Assembly (NCBI GenBank): GCA_963665275.2
Contig: CAXXIN010000014.1
Coordinates: 64,001-128,000 of the forward strand
DNA length: 64,000 nt
Source of the DNA: Negativicutes bacterium
GTDB taxonomy: Bacteria > Bacillota > Negativicutes > UBA1444
Direction: 5' to 3'
Below are positions 19,637-30,401 of the stretch, piece by piece (within the stretch, counting starts at the first letter, position 1; every line of letters begins with the position of its first letter). The translations under genes and the position numbers were made by a program. The notes beneath the pieces are model-generated. The model saw nothing but the letters and a program-made list of their open reading frames with translations. It did not search any database and was not told the origin of the DNA.

Positions 19637-20716
19637 ATGTTTGAAATGCTCGTCGATATTCAAAACCGAATCATATCCGGTGGCTTTAAAATGCATTTGA
19701 TGGTTTACATTGTTAGTTCGGTGATCGGGATCAGCTTAATCCAAGTAGTCTTGTCCAATCTGCTCAAAATTATTGCGAGAAAAAACAATATTTCTTATTC
19801 CATTTTGCAACAAATATTTAAAGGAATTCCAGTGTTGTGGGGCATTTACATTGGTTTATCCATTGCTTTGGATGTTTTGATAATTCCGCCGCGGGCGCTG
19901 CTGTTCCTCCAAAGACTGTCCAACTCGATTGCCATTCTATCAATGGTTCTCTTAACTGCGCGTCTGGGCTCTGGATATCTGAAGCAAAAATTCAGTAAAA
20001 CAGCCGGAACCTTTTCGTCCACGTCGATTTTATCAACAGCAATCGATCTGATCGTTTACAGCATTGGTATCGTGTTTTTACTTCAATCCTTCGGAATCTC
20101 GATCACCCCATTGCTTACCGCGTTGGGTGTTGGTGGCTTGGCCATTGCTTTGGCGCTGCAGGACACTTTGTCAAATTTGTTTTCGGGCATCAATATTCTG
20201 TTGTCCAAACAAATCAAGATAGGTGACTTCGTTAAACTGTCAACCGGCGAAGAGGGGCATGTTGTAGATATGAACTGGCGCAATACCACAATAAAAAAGA
20301 CCACGGAGAATATGGTGGTTGTACCCAACCAAAAAATTGCTTCATCCATACTCACCAATTATGCGCAGCCCTTTGCTGAATGCTCCATCGCCATTCCCAT
20401 AGGAGTAAGCTATGAAAGTGATTTGGGCCATGTGGAAAAAATTACTGCCGCGGTTGCGAAAGAAACTCTCCAAGAAATCGAAGGCGGTGATAACCGTTTT
20501 GAACCATTCATCCGATACTTCGATTTCGCCGAGTCCAGCATTAAATTTAATGTTGTCTTACGAGTAAGGGCCGTAACGGACCAGCATCTCATTCGACACG
20601 AATTCCTCAAGCGCCTTCATGAAAGGTACCGACAAGAAAAGATAATAATTCCTTACCCAATCAGAATGGTCAAGTTTGAACCAGCAATGCCATTGGAGGA
20701 GGCACCCCAACGGTAG
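19637..20716 (+). CDS. MscS-family small-conductance mechanosensitive channel
   Basis: LGVGGLAIALALQDTLSNLFSG, IKIGDFV, VVVPNQKI, IGVSYESD, IPYP. Confidence 0.93.
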   Translation: MFEMLVDIQNRIISGGFKMHLMVYIVSSVIGISLIQVVLSNLLKIIARKNNISYSILQQIFKGIPVLWGIYIGLSIALDVLIIPPRALLFLQRLSNSIAILSMVLLTARLGSGYLKQKFSKTAGTFSSTSILSTAIDLIVYSIGIVFLLQSFGISITPLLTALGVGGLAIALALQDTLSNLFSGINILLSKQIKIGDFVKLSTGEEGHVVDMNWRNTTIKKTTENMVVVPNQKIASSILTNYAQPFAECSIAIPIGVSYESDLGHVEKITAAVAKETLQEIEGGDNRFEPFIRYFDFAESSIKFNVVLRVRAVTDQHLIRHEFLKRLHERYRQEKIIIPYPIRMVKFEPAMPLEEAPQR

Positions 20717-20776
20717 AATTTTCACTTTTTCAAAACGCATGATCTTAATAGAAGGTACAGGAGAAACTACCCCTGA

Positions 20777-21349
20777 TTAATTCGACGATCCAAGATTCTT
20801 TGATACAGAGATAATATGCAAAGCCCGCCACAGCTGTGACGGGCTTGAATTCAGAGTACGCGAGTAAGTTTCGCAGCCAAAAGTTAATTCAGCATGTTCT
20901 TTTTGTGCAGAATGCTTTTGGAATGCACAAGAGCGCCATTTTCCGACATAAAAAAAAACACTTCCGGCCAGTACTGGATCTGTTTTGAACAACTTTCGCA
21001 CCTGCAAGCGGCAGCTTGGCGTGTCAGGAATGATTTTGCGGATTTGGAACTCGATTTGACTGCCTGCTTTTTGGATTTGGGAGATATCTAATGAAGCGGC
21101 AGCCGCAAAGAAAAATTCCTGATCGGCAAAGGCAGAGTTTGTTTCTTGAGGGTTTGCCAAGAACTCATCCGCCTCTACTATTTCGTAAATATGGAATTGC
21201 CAAGTCTTTCTTTCGGTAGACAGGGCGACGAGGTAGGGACCTTCTCCGTTGTAATATTGGGGAGTAGAAAGTTGGTCGTATGCGTCCGCGCACGTCCGGG
21301 TAAAGGTGGTCAACATTTCTTCGGTTTTCACAGGCAAGAGACCTTTCAT
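20777..21349 (-). CDS. Hypothetical protein
   Basis: 190-aa ORF filling an intergenic gap; no motif recognised. Confidence 0.55.
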   Translation of the reverse strand: MKGLLPVKTEEMLTTFTRTCADAYDQLSTPQYYNGEGPYLVALSTERKTWQFHIYEIVEADEFLANPQETNSAFADQEFFFAAAASLDISQIQKAGSQIEFQIRKIIPDTPSCRLQVRKLFKTDPVLAGSVFFYVGKWRSCAFQKHSAQKEHAELTFGCETYSRTLNSSPSQLWRALHIISVSKNLGSSN

Positions 21350-21505
21350 AGTTTGATAATAGCTCGATTTTTATTATACGCCGTTGATATCAGCTTGAAA
21401 AGGCCTGTAGCCATTCTGAGGCGAAAACGAAAACAATCGCACAATTGACACGATTCGTAAAATGTGTTGATATATAATTAAGAGATCATAGTGGGAGGGA
21501 TTTTC

Positions 21506-21877
21506 ATGAAAATGAAGAAGAATGCCAAACCGCTCTCTGAAGCAACAATTGGTGATTTAACCGACCAAAAATGCGGATTTTGCGGCTTGTATCTCGAGTT
21601 TTCCGATGTGCAGCCGGACGAAAAGCTTGCATGGCTTTCGTGCCCGGCCTTTATGGCCGAACGTGAGTTTTCCCAAAATGAGCACTCCTCTTATGCCGTA
21701 TCTTTGGAAAAAACGAACTACCACGCAGGAGATGAGACAAAACTGCACCGCCCACTAAAGGAAGCTGGCGAAGAGACCGGACGTATGCACCACGACAGAC
21801 CCAATCTGACTGCACCGCCGAAAGCCGTGGGAAACAGTTTTAAATTCACGAGTGCATCGGAGCGGAAAAGGAAGTAG
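21506..21877 (+). CDS. Hypothetical protein, possible Zn-binding (CGFC...C...H)
   Basis: GGGAGGG RBS; TTGACA-like -35 upstream. Confidence 0.65.
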   Translation: MKMKKNAKPLSEATIGDLTDQKCGFCGLYLEFSDVQPDEKLAWLSCPAFMAEREFSQNEHSSYAVSLEKTNYHAGDETKLHRPLKEAGEETGRMHHDRPNLTAPPKAVGNSFKFTSASERKRK

Positions 21878-22083
21878 TAGAAAGCCTTTGTTTGAGCGGA
21901 AACCGTACAAGCAAAATCCTGTTGCAGCCCCGACTGAAAAGGTCAATGAGGGGTCGATAAGGTGAAAAGCAGGTAAAATAAAGATTTTTTCACTTTTTTG
22001 TCAAAAAAAAGAGGAATATTTTATGAGTTGCCGAAATAAGGAAACAGGTCCTAAACCCAAATATAAAGGAGGTATGTAACCAT

Positions 22084-22377
22084 ATGAACAAAACGGAACT
22101 TATCGCCTCGGTAGCTGCCAAGACTAAGAGCACCAAAAAAGCCGCAGGTATTGCGATTGAAGCAGTTGTAGAAAGCGTACAGAAGGAGCTTGCCAAAGGC
22201 GGCAAGGTTCAACTCATCGGTTTTGGAACCTTCCAGGTACGGGCCCGCAAAGAGCGTAAAGGCCGCAATCCCCAGACCGGCAAACCCATCAACATTCCGG
22301 CGTCCAAACATCCTGTATTCTCCGCCGGCAAGGCGCTGAAAGACGCTGTCAACGTTACCCCGAAAAAAAAGAAATAA
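22084..22377 (+). CDS. hup: DNA-binding protein HU
   Basis: MNKTELI...[25 protein letters not shown]...[13 protein letters not shown]. Confidence 0.97.
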   Translation: MNKTELIASVAAKTKSTKKAAGIAIEAVVESVQKELAKGGKVQLIGFGTFQVRARKERKGRNPQTGKPINIPASKHPVFSAGKALKDAVNVTPKKKK

Positions 22378-22588
22378 TCTAGCGGGATACCCTATAATAT
22401 AAGGACTGGACCATTAGGACCGAAGAGGCTTTGCATCGTGACAAAGCCTCTTTTTTTATTTGCGCTTTATTTGTCCTTTGAATGGGGCAAATCGCTTGAC
22501 AGCAGGGGGTTAAAGACATAAGATAGTGAACGTGGTACCGATAAAAATAAAATAGTTTTTTGGGTATCGTGCAAGGAGGTTTTGGTGA

Positions 22589-23155
22589 ATGCGCACACGG
22601 ATCATGTCGGCAGCAGTGGCGGAGATGGATGAACATGGTGTTCGTTTTACGATGAGCGACCTGGCAGCCCGGTTGGCGATCAGTAAACGCACGTTGTATG
22701 AACATTTTGAGTCCAAGGAAGTTCTCATTTCGTCGATCGTGGATGCTGTCATTTCCGATCTGCGGGTGCAGCGGTGTGATATTGTCAACAATCCGGATCT
22801 GGATCTGCGTGAAAAACTCGTCAGGATGCTGACGGTAAGGTCCAAGGTGTTTTCTGAAGTGAGCGACAGGGTCAAGATGGAATTGGGCCAGCAGTATCCA
22901 GGTTTGTGGGAAAAAGCCCATAAGTCTCAGGAAGAACAGTGGAATGTTATTGACGATGTCATTAAAGAAGGCATTGAGGCAGGTTGCTTCCGCCCTATTT
23001 TTGTTCCCGTTCTGCGCAAGGTGCTGCAAGGCGCAGTAGGGGAAATAATCGATTATGAATTTTTATTGCAACATCGGACTTCTTTTCATGAAATGATCGG
23101 GCATATTACAGATATCGTCATATATGGAATCATGGCGCCGGAAAAGCAAGGATGA
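22589..23155 (+). CDS. TetR/AcrR-family regulator
   Basis: FTMSDLAARLAISKRTLYEHFESKE HTH; precedes RND genes. Confidence 0.93.
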   Translation: MRTRIMSAAVAEMDEHGVRFTMSDLAARLAISKRTLYEHFESKEVLISSIVDAVISDLRVQRCDIVNNPDLDLREKLVRMLTVRSKVFSEVSDRVKMELGQQYPGLWEKAHKSQEEQWNVIDDVIKEGIEAGCFRPIFVPVLRKVLQGAVGEIIDYEFLLQHRTSFHEMIGHITDIVIYGIMAPEKQG

Positions 23156-23183
23156 GGCGGTTGTACACGAAGGAGGAACTGGA

Positions 23184-24344
23184 ATGCAAGGAATGAAATG
23201 GCTGGGAAGTTCAAGTTTCAGGGTAAAGCTGATTGGGGGAATATTGCTGCTGTCCTTGGTGGGATTGGCAGCTTTCCGGATGGGATTGCTCGGGGGAAAA
23301 CCTCCCATGGGCGGGCCGCGGACGGTGGATGTCAAAGCTATGCAGATAGCCGCGAAGGATACACCAGTTGCCTATGAATTCGTTGGCGAGATAGAGGCGT
23401 TTGATTCAGCGCAGATTAGGCCCAAGGTAACAGGCAATATCGTGGAGAAATATGTGACTGGCGGTGCTGTAGTGAAGCAGGGGCAGCCGCTATTTCGTAT
23501 CGAAGCACGACAATATGAGACTACGGTTTTATCCAACGACGCCGCGGTTGCCGAATCGGAATCGGCTTTAAGTCAAGTCCGACTGGATTTGGCACGCTAT
23601 AAAAAATTGGCTGCTAGTGGCGCGATCGCTCAACAGGTGCTCGACAATGCACTGGCGCAGGAAAGCCAGTCAGTGGCGAAGGTAGAAGCGAACCGAGCCA
23701 AGGCGCAGCAGGCGCGTTTGGATCTGCGGGATACGCTGGTCGTGTCGCCGATCGACGGGCGCATCGACATTAAGGATGTTGGTATTGGCAACTATGCGAC
23801 GGCGGGTGTGACGACATTGGCCACGGTGTCTGCTATTGACAAGGTGCGGATCAAGTTCAGCATGAGCGAGAATGAATATCTGAAACTTTTTGCTCGAACG
23901 CAGAGTATAGGAGCACTGGAGCCCGGCCAAAGAATCACTCTCAAACTCAGTGACGGACAGGAATTTCCGACGCCAGGATCCATCGAACAGGTGGATAGCG
24001 GAATGGGGACAGGAACTGGAACAATAACACTGAAAGCACTGGTGGATAATCCACAGAAAATGCTCTTGCCTGGCATGTTCGCCCGGGTCGTGGCCGCCGG
24101 CGAAGTGCGTAAGAATGCGATCGTAATTCCACAACGGGCGGTGCAGGAACTGCTCGGCAAGACCTTTGTCACGGTCATCGGTGAAGGCGAGAAAACGGAA
24201 TCCCGGCCGGTGAAGATGGGACCGCGCGTCGGAACCAACTGGATTGTGGAAGAAGGACTCAAACCTGGAGACAGGGTGGTTGTGGAAGGTGCACTGAAAA
24301 CACCTCCTGGAACTCCGGTGAAAGCGGCGATGATCAATGGCTAA
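23184..24344 (+). CDS. RND efflux periplasmic adaptor (AcrA/MexA-like)
   Basis: N-terminal anchor, IRPKVTGNI, GQPLFRI, SPIDG, LLPGMF, GLKPGDRVVVEG. Confidence 0.93.
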   Translation: MQGMKWLGSSSFRVKLIGGILLLSLVGLAAFRMGLLGGKPPMGGPRTVDVKAMQIAAKDTPVAYEFVGEIEAFDSAQIRPKVTGNIVEKYVTGGAVVKQGQPLFRIEARQYETTVLSNDAAVAESESALSQVRLDLARYKKLAASGAIAQQVLDNALAQESQSVAKVEANRAKAQQARLDLRDTLVVSPIDGRIDIKDVGIGNYATAGVTTLATVSAIDKVRIKFSMSENEYLKLFARTQSIGALEPGQRITLKLSDGQEFPTPGSIEQVDSGMGTGTGTITLKALVDNPQKMLLPGMFARVVAAGEVRKNAIVIPQRAVQELLGKTFVTVIGEGEKTESRPVKMGPRVGTNWIVEEGLKPGDRVVVEGALKTPPGTPVKAAMING

Positions 24345-27300
24345 GTTTTTTATTGATAGGCCAATTTTTGCAATTGTTGTTTCAGTTTTCATTTTACTGG
24401 GTGGCCTGATCGCCGGCATGAACCTGCCGATCGCGCAGTATCCCCAGATCACGCCGCCGACGATCAACGTGGCCGCGAACTATAGCGGTGCCAACGCTGA
24501 CGTAGTGGAACAGAGCATCGCCCAGGTCATCGAACTTCAGGTCAATGGCACCGAAGGCATGGTTTCGATGGACTCGACGAGCGCCGACAACGGCGTGTAT
24601 TCCCTAAACGTCAAATTTGAACTCGGCAAAGACGCGGACCTGGCCTCCGTGCAGACGCAGAACCGTGTCACTCAGGCCAATTCCCGGTTGCCGACTGAAG
24701 TGACGAGCGCCGGCATCGTGACCCAAAAAGCCACGCCTGACCGGGCCATGATCTTTGCCCTGTGGTCGCCGAACAGTACTTATGACCGCGGTTTCCTCAA
24801 AAACTACGGCAGTATCTACATTGTTGAAGAACTGAAACGTGTCAAGGGTGTTGGTACGATACAGGAGTTCGGTTCCGATTATGCAATGCGAATTTGGTTG
24901 CAGCCGGACAAGATGGCTCAGCTCGGCGTGACGACCTCGGACATTGCAGCGGCGCTGAAGGATCAGAACGTGCAGGCTCCTGTCGGCGCGGTCGGGCAAC
25001 AGCCCTCGGAAGGCAAACAGGAATTCCAGTACACGGCTCGGGTCAAAGGCCGCATGGAGACTGCGGAGGAATTCAGCCAGATCATCATACGAAGCCAGAG
25101 CGACGGTTCGCTCATCCGGATTAAAGATGTGGCCCGAACCGAGATGGCGGACAAGGATTACATGTACGCAAGCTTCAGCAACGGCATGCCCTCCGTGGGT
25201 TTCTCAATCCAGTTGTCTTCCGACGCGAACGCTCTCGACACAATTCGTGAGTGTTCGGCGATCCTCGAGAGGGCTTCGAAGTCTTTCCCGGAGGATATGA
25301 AGTATGGTACGGTCGTCGATAATACCCGGTTCGTACGCGAATCGCTTGTCGAGGTGGCCAAGACATTCTTTGAAGCATTGCTGCTGGTAATGCTCATTGT
25401 GTTCATTTTCCTGCAGTCCTGGCGCGCCACGCTCATTCCGATGCTGGCGGTGCCGGTATCTTTGATCGGCACCTTCGGCGCGTTCCTGATTTTGGGATTT
25501 TCGATCAATACGCTGACGATGTTTGCGATGGTGCTGGCCATCGGTCTCGTCGTTGACGATGCCATTGTCGTAGTTGAAGCAGTGGAACACCACATGCGGT
25601 TTGAAGGACTGTCTCCGCGCGAAGCGACTTATAGGGCGATGGAGGATGTATCGGCTCCGATCGTGGCCATTGCCTTCGTGTTGGCGTCTGTGTTCATTCC
25701 GGTTGCGTTTTTCGGCGGAACCGTTGGCGTACTCTACAAACAGTTCGCCTTGACGATTGCGGTTTCCATGGGACTGTCCGCTATCGTGGCGTTGTCGTTG
25801 ACTCCGGCGCTCTGCGCCCTGTTGCTCAAACCGCATGACCCCAATGCTCATTCCGGGAAAATCGGACACTTTCTGTCGCGTTTTACCGATTGGTTTGAAG
25901 GGCTACGGGAACGTTATGAACGCGGCGCAACCAAAATTCTATTCCGGGCCAAATTCAGCTTGTTGTTGATGCCCTTGTTGCTACTATTGGCTTGGGGAGT
26001 GTCGAGTTTCGTGCCTTCATCCTTTGTGCCCAGCGAAGACCAGGGTTACTTCGTGGCAACCGTTTCCCTGCCGGAAGCGGCGAGCATGAAGCGGACAGAG
26101 GAAGTTGCCAATAAAATCGCTGAAGATATCCGCACGTTGCCCGGGGTCAAACAAACGATGATCGTTGCCGGCATTGATATGTTGGCGGGCGCGAACAAGT
26201 CCAGCTCCGCGGTTATCTTCGTGGAACTGGCTCCTTGGAACGAACGGACCACCGCGAACCTGAGCGTGGACAACATTGTCCGGAGCGTCATTGGCTTGGC
26301 GAACCGCATGCCGGAAGCCAACACGATGGCCTTCAATATTCCGCCATTGCCGGGTATCGGCAGTCTCGGCGGCTTCAGCTTCATCCTGCAGGACCGCGGC
26401 GGTCATACAACGCAGGAACTGAGCGATACGACCAATGCTTTCCTGGCGGAAGCGCGCAAACGTCCTGAACTTGCGGTGATCTACTCCACCTTCCGGACTG
26501 ACACTCCCGGTTACAGCTTCGACGTTGACCGGGAAAAAGCCCAGAAGATGGGTGTGCCAGTGAGCAGCGTGTTCAATACCCTGCAGGCTTTTTTGGGCGG
26601 ATTGCAGGTCAATGATTTCAACCGTTTCGGTCGAACCTATAAAGTGGTTATTCAGGCAGACTCTTCGTACCGTCGGGGTGTCGAAGACCTGCGAACTCTA
26701 TATGTGGAGAGCAACTCCGGAGTCATGGTGCCGCTCAGCACGCTGGTGCGTGCGGTGCCGGTGAACAATCCGACAGCTATCAAGCGCTTCAACGGCTTCC
26801 GTTCCGTATTGATCGGAGGCAGTCCGGCGGCGGGCTACAGTTCCGGCCAGGTTATCAAGGCGCTGGAGGAAGTGGCGGCGCAGTCGCTGCCGCAAGGCTA
26901 CAGTTACGAGTGGGCCGACCAGAGCCGGGAAGAAAAAGTTTCCGGCGGCCGGACTCCGATTCTCTTCGGACTCGCGCTTCTCTTCGTCTTCCTCTGTCTG
27001 GCGGCGTTGTATGAAAGCTGGACAGTACCCTTTGCCGTTCTGCTGACCGTACCCACGACGATTTTCGGCGCCTTTCTATTTATGTTCCTGCGTGGCCTCG
27101 AAAACAGCGTGTACATGCAAATCGGCCTTGTCACGCTGATCGGCCTGGCGGCGAAAAATGCGATTTTGATCGTCGAATTCGCCAAAGTCCGGGTGGAAAG
27201 AGGCATGCCGATTCGCCAGGCGGCGATCGAAGCGGCTAAACTTCGGATGCGTCCGATTGTGATGACCTCGCTTGCCTTTATTGTGGGCGTTTTCCCATTG

Positions 27301-27522
27301 GTGCTCGCCACCGGTGCAGGCGCCGGTTCACGTAACGCGATGGGCACAACCGTTGTCGGCGGCATGGTTCTCGATACGGCCATGGGAATTTTCGTTATTC
27401 CCTGCCTGTTCGTTGTCGTCGAGGAATTTTCAGAATGGCTGAAAAAATCGCGCCAGAAGCATAAAAATAATGACCCCATTACACCTACCCCTCGGGTTGA
27501 ACCAGTGCCGCCACAAGATTGA
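24337..27522 (+). CDS. RND efflux permease (HAE1, AcrB-like)
   Basis: FFIDRPIFA, LPIAQYPQITPP, AIGLVVDDAIVVVE, GLAAKNAILIVEFA, RMRPIVMTS. Confidence 0.97.
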   Translation: MAKFFIDRPIFAIVVSVFILLGGLIAGMNLPIAQYPQITPPTINVAANYSGANADVVEQSIAQVIELQVNGTEGMVSMDSTSADNGVYSLNVKFELGKDADLASVQTQNRVTQANSRLPTEVTSAGIVTQKATPDRAMIFALWSPNSTYDRGFLKNYGSIYIVEELKRVKGVGTIQEFGSDYAMRIWLQPDKMAQLGVTTSDIAAALKDQNVQAPVGAVGQQPSEGKQEFQYTARVKGRMETAEEFSQIIIRSQSDGSLIRIKDVARTEMADKDYMYASFSNGMPSVGFSIQLSSDANALDTIRECSAILERASKSFPEDMKYGTVVDNTRFVRESLVEVAKTFFEALLLVMLIVFIFLQSWRATLIPMLAVPVSLIGTFGAFLILGFSINTLTMFAMVLAIGLVVDDAIVVVEAVEHHMRFEGLSPREATYRAMEDVSAPIVAIAFVLASVFIPVAFFGGTVGVLYKQFALTIAVSMGLSAIVALSLTPALCALLLKPHDPNAHSGKIGHFLSRFTDWFEGLRERYERGATKILFRAKFSLLLMPLLLLLAWGVSSFVPSSFVPSEDQGYFVATVSLPEAASMKRTEEVANKIAEDIRTLPGVKQTMIVAGIDMLAGANKSSSAVIFVELAPWNERTTANLSVDNIVRSVIGLANRMPEANTMAFNIPPLPGIGSLGGFSFILQDRGGHTTQELSDTTNAFLAEARKRPELAVIYSTFRTDTPGYSFDVDREKAQKMGVPVSSVFNTLQAFLGGLQVNDFNRFGRTYKVVIQADSSYRRGVEDLRTLYVESNSGVMVPLSTLVRAVPVNNPTAIKRFNGFRSVLIGGSPAAGYSSGQVIKALEEVAAQSLPQGYSYEWADQSREEKVSGGRTPILFGLALLFVFLCLAALYESWTVPFAVLLTVPTTIFGAFLFMFLRGLENSVYMQIGLVTLIGLAAKNAILIVEFAKVRVERGMPIRQAAIEAAKLRMRPIVMTSLAFIVGVFPLVLATGAGAGSRNAMGTTVVGGMVLDTAMGIFVIPCLFVVVEEFSEWLKKSRQKHKNNDPITPTPRVEPVPPQD

Positions 27523-27530
27523 GGCGTACA

Positions 27531-27578
27531 GCAAAAAGTGGTCTGCTGACACAATTATGTCAGCAGACCACTTTTTGC
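27531..27578. terminator. Bidirectional terminator between convergent genes
   Basis: GCAAAAAGTGGTCTGCTGACA-loop-TGTCAGCAGACCACTTTTTGC. Confidence 0.85.
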
Positions 27579-27589
27579 ATATATAAAGG

Positions 27590-28636
27590 CTATTCCTGCT
27601 TCAACCAGCGCCGGAACATCAGGGGCGTCAGCAGCATGATGAAGAACAGACGGAAAAGCTGATAGGATGCGATTGCCGACAAATCGGCCTGCAAGGCGAT
27701 ACCAGTGACGCTCATTTCCGCCACGCCGCCCGGAGCCATGCTCAAAAACGAAGTAACATTAGAATATCCGTAGTAGCTGGACAGAAGATACCCAATCGCG
27801 AGCGACATTGCTATGACCACGACCACGCCCATCATCGTCGAAGCCAGCAGAATTCGCCAGCGGGTGAGGCTGGCCAGTTGAATGCCGCTACCCATGTAGG
27901 CGCCGACCGCAATTTGGGCAAGAATCGTCAACCAGGGCGGCAGAGACGGACAATGGATGCCGTTCATAGAGACAAGGGCGATGCCCAGAATCGGACCGAG
28001 CAGAAACGGTGTCGGGCAGCAGCCTTTTTTGGCGATAAAAGCCGAAACGATAGCGATAGCCAGAAGTGGCAGCGTATCGGGAGTCAGGAATGTGAAGACC
28101 GGCGAACTGGCTGCACTCGTGACGATGGTCGTCGGGACACGGTTGGCTGCCTGCGTGGCCAGATATGGTACGATGAAAACAACCGACAACAGGCGGACCG
28201 TGTGCATGAAAGAGACGACAGACATATCAGCGTCCTCGATTTCTTCACTCAACAGGACCATTTGGGAGAATCCACCAGGAACGCTTCCCATCAGGCCGGA
28301 GGCTAAGCTGATTCCTGCTTGGCGGTGCGTGACGTAGCCGCATACCAGACTGACAAGCAGAATGCCGAATGTCACGGCCAGCATGACTGGCAGTTGGACG
28401 ACGATTTGCTGTGCAGCCGCTGCGGTGAAGGCGCTGCCGATGACGTAACCGAGAAAAATCAGCGCCGCATTGCGCAAATTTACCGGCCAGCATACAGATT
28501 TCTTGCCGACCTGCGTCCAGAGAACGACAGTGGTCAAAGGACCCAACATCCAAGCCAACGGAATGTGCAGGGAAAAAAACAAAAAGCCGCCTGCGCCAGC
28601 CAGCATAAAAGTCTTGAGAATTGGAACAGTTTGCAT
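27590..28636 (-). CDS. AbrB-family (putative ammonia monooxygenase-like) membrane protein
   Basis: Duplicated hydrophobic halves with PLAWMLGP/PTPFLLGP and PGGFSQM/APGGVAEM. Confidence 0.88.
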   Translation of the reverse strand: MQTVPILKTFMLAGAGGFLFFSLHIPLAWMLGPLTTVVLWTQVGKKSVCWPVNLRNAALIFLGYVIGSAFTAAAAQQIVVQLPVMLAVTFGILLVSLVCGYVTHRQAGISLASGLMGSVPGGFSQMVLLSEEIEDADMSVVSFMHTVRLLSVVFIVPYLATQAANRVPTTIVTSAASSPVFTFLTPDTLPLLAIAIVSAFIAKKGCCPTPFLLGPILGIALVSMNGIHCPSLPPWLTILAQIAVGAYMGSGIQLASLTRWRILLASTMMGVVVVIAMSLAIGYLLSSYYGYSNVTSFLSMAPGGVAEMSVTGIALQADLSAIASYQLFRLFFIMLLTPLMFRRWLKQE

Positions 28637-28917
28637 GTGATGATATACTCCCCGACGTTAAAATATGAAGCATTGTTGATTCATTCTACATTTATATCGT
28701 CATTGGACGGATTTTGCAAGTCCTACTTCGTAGTTAAAAAGAAAAGTGCCAACAAATTGTGTTGCTGACGAGTGGAAAATAAAATGTGACAAAAAGTGAC
28801 GTTATATAATATAGTATCGGAGTGGATAATGGTAATATATTATATTCTATAAGATAAAGGAACTCCACGCCTATTGTCGAAGGAGTAACTATTGATAAAT
28901 AGGAGGGGGATAGTCAA

Positions 28918-29169
28918 ATGAGTGTTGCTCTGAATTATAGTCCCACGTTTTATAAAATAGTTCGCAGTGATAAGGTTGTTGGCGAAAAAATTCGAGGGTT
29001 AAAACACAAAACATCCATAGAGCTGGGGATGAAGACGGATGTTCAGGTGGGCGATGTCATAGAAAATCTTGATGATCACACTAAATATGAAGCGTTTGAA
29101 ATAACCATCAGAAATAATAGCCAGGGAAGACCCGACTGTTACCTGGTATATGTAAGCTCCCTGCAGTAA
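28918..29169 (+). CDS. Small hypothetical protein
   Basis: AGGAGGGG RBS and a downstream hairpin. Confidence 0.6.
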   Translation: MSVALNYSPTFYKIVRSDKVVGEKIRGLKHKTSIELGMKTDVQVGDVIENLDDHTKYEAFEITIRNNSQGRPDCYLVYVSSLQ

Positions 29170-29256
29170 TCCGCCCTCCAATAATAAAGAATCCGCACCG
29201 TTGATAGGCGTGGATTCTTTGCAAGAGGGAACGGTGATCGTTATTTTATTGTTGGA

Positions 29257-29652
29257 CTAAAGAGTCAGAGTTTTGCTCTCTCCAGACATTGAGGAAAAAT
29301 TGGCAACGGCATCTTCAAGATAGAAAACTTCCATAATAGTATCCTCTGCTGAATACATATTTTTAAGCATTGGCAAGATCTCAAGCGCTTTCGACTTATT
29401 TTGTTTTGTTGTGCAGAAAACAGCTTTCCCGCTGAGCCGCAACCATTGGAAACCCTTGGATGTCGCACAGATTTCAACATTCGGATTAGCCTTAAGTTGT
29501 GCATAGATGGGTTTTTGATTGCTTGTCGCAAAACAGATTTTGCCTTCGTACTCCATTACAAAACTAAATGGACGAACTTTGGGCTGATTGCCATCAACTG
29601 TGGAAATAAAGAAAATTCCGCAGTCTTGGAGAAATTTAAAAACCTCATTCAT
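29257..29652 (-). CDS. Pyridoxamine 5'-phosphate oxidase-like FMN-binding protein
   Basis: FISTVDGNQPKVRPF, QLKANPNVEIC, WLRLSGKA. Confidence 0.88.
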   Translation of the reverse strand: MNEVFKFLQDCGIFFISTVDGNQPKVRPFSFVMEYEGKICFATSNQKPIYAQLKANPNVEICATSKGFQWLRLSGKAVFCTTKQNKSKALEILPMLKNMYSAEDTIMEVFYLEDAVANFSSMSGESKTLTL

Positions 29653-29752
29653 GGTATAACCTCCATTAAATATTTATTTGCTGATTATAGTATAAAACGA
29701 TTCCAAACAGCGCTCAACTGGTTGGCGAAGACGGGTCGGGGGGAATTGGCGT

Positions 29753-29824
29753 ATGTGGGATATTATTGCCACATTCATAGTTGGAATTATCGGTTTATAC
29801 TTGCTCAAACAACATCTGAAATAA
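29753..29824 (+). CDS. 23-aa hydrophobic peptide, Fst/type I toxin-like
   Basis: GGGGGA RBS, then MWDIIATFIVGIIGLYLLKQHLK*; one TM helix with a basic tail; below the ORF-track size cut-off. Confidence 0.5.
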   Translation: MWDIIATFIVGIIGLYLLKQHLK

Positions 29825-30120
29825 CTGGTGGACACTGACCGCTTTCTGGTTTAATGAAGCACGCTTGAGGGCTTTTTTATTGGGCAACGAGATTCGAGGT
29901 TGTGAGAGGGAACTTTCCTAAATTGCTGGTTCGGCTTGTATAGATATTAGCGATATACAAGGGGTCAACATTTTTGGGAAGCCGCCTTATTTACGGCAAA
30001 ATGTTGATTTTGCGGTGTTTGTCGTATATAATAAATTGCGTTGGGAAGTACACCTCAAGCATACATTGGGGAGTTTTGACAACATGGTTTTTTCTAATCC
30101 CTTATTTTATAAGGGTTCGG

Positions 30121-30195
30121 GCGGGCGTAGCTCAGTGGTAGAGTACCGGCTTCCCAAGCCGTGGGTCGCGAGTTCGAATCTCGTTGCCCGCTCCA
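30121..30195 (+). tRNA. tRNA-Gly(CCC)
   Basis: GCGGGCG acceptor, GCTCAGTGGTAGAGT D-arm, CGGC-TTCCCAA-GCCG anticodon arm, GCGAGTTCGAATCTCGT T-arm, CCA end. Confidence 0.95.
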
Positions 30196-30199
30196 GTAA
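30151..30199 (+). repeat. attL (tRNA-Gly 3' half)
   Basis: TTCCCAAGCCGTGGGTCGCGAGTTCGAATCTCGTTGCCCGCTCCAGTAA, identical to 44468-44516. Confidence 0.95.
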
Positions 30200-30217
30200 A
30201 TTAGAGCGATTTGACAA

Positions 30218-30264
30218 TGGGTGCAACCAAGGCGATGGTCGAATGGGGGCAATGTGGGTGCGAT
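30218..30264 (+). promoter_or_regulatory. Putative integrase arm-type sites near attL
   Basis: TGGGTGCAAC (30218), TGGGGGCAAT (30244), TGGGTGCGAT (30255); same motif near attR at 44318 and 44329. Confidence 0.6.
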
Positions 30265-30401
30265 CGCTAAAAATTAAGGCCAGTTTTCCTTTGCGGAAGA
30301 CTGGCCTTTGTAATGCATATAAGGATGTTTGAAAAAATGAAGGTATTTGTTTTCATTGCAATGAAGATAAGTTCAATGTAACGAAAATTAAAGTAAATCC
30401 C

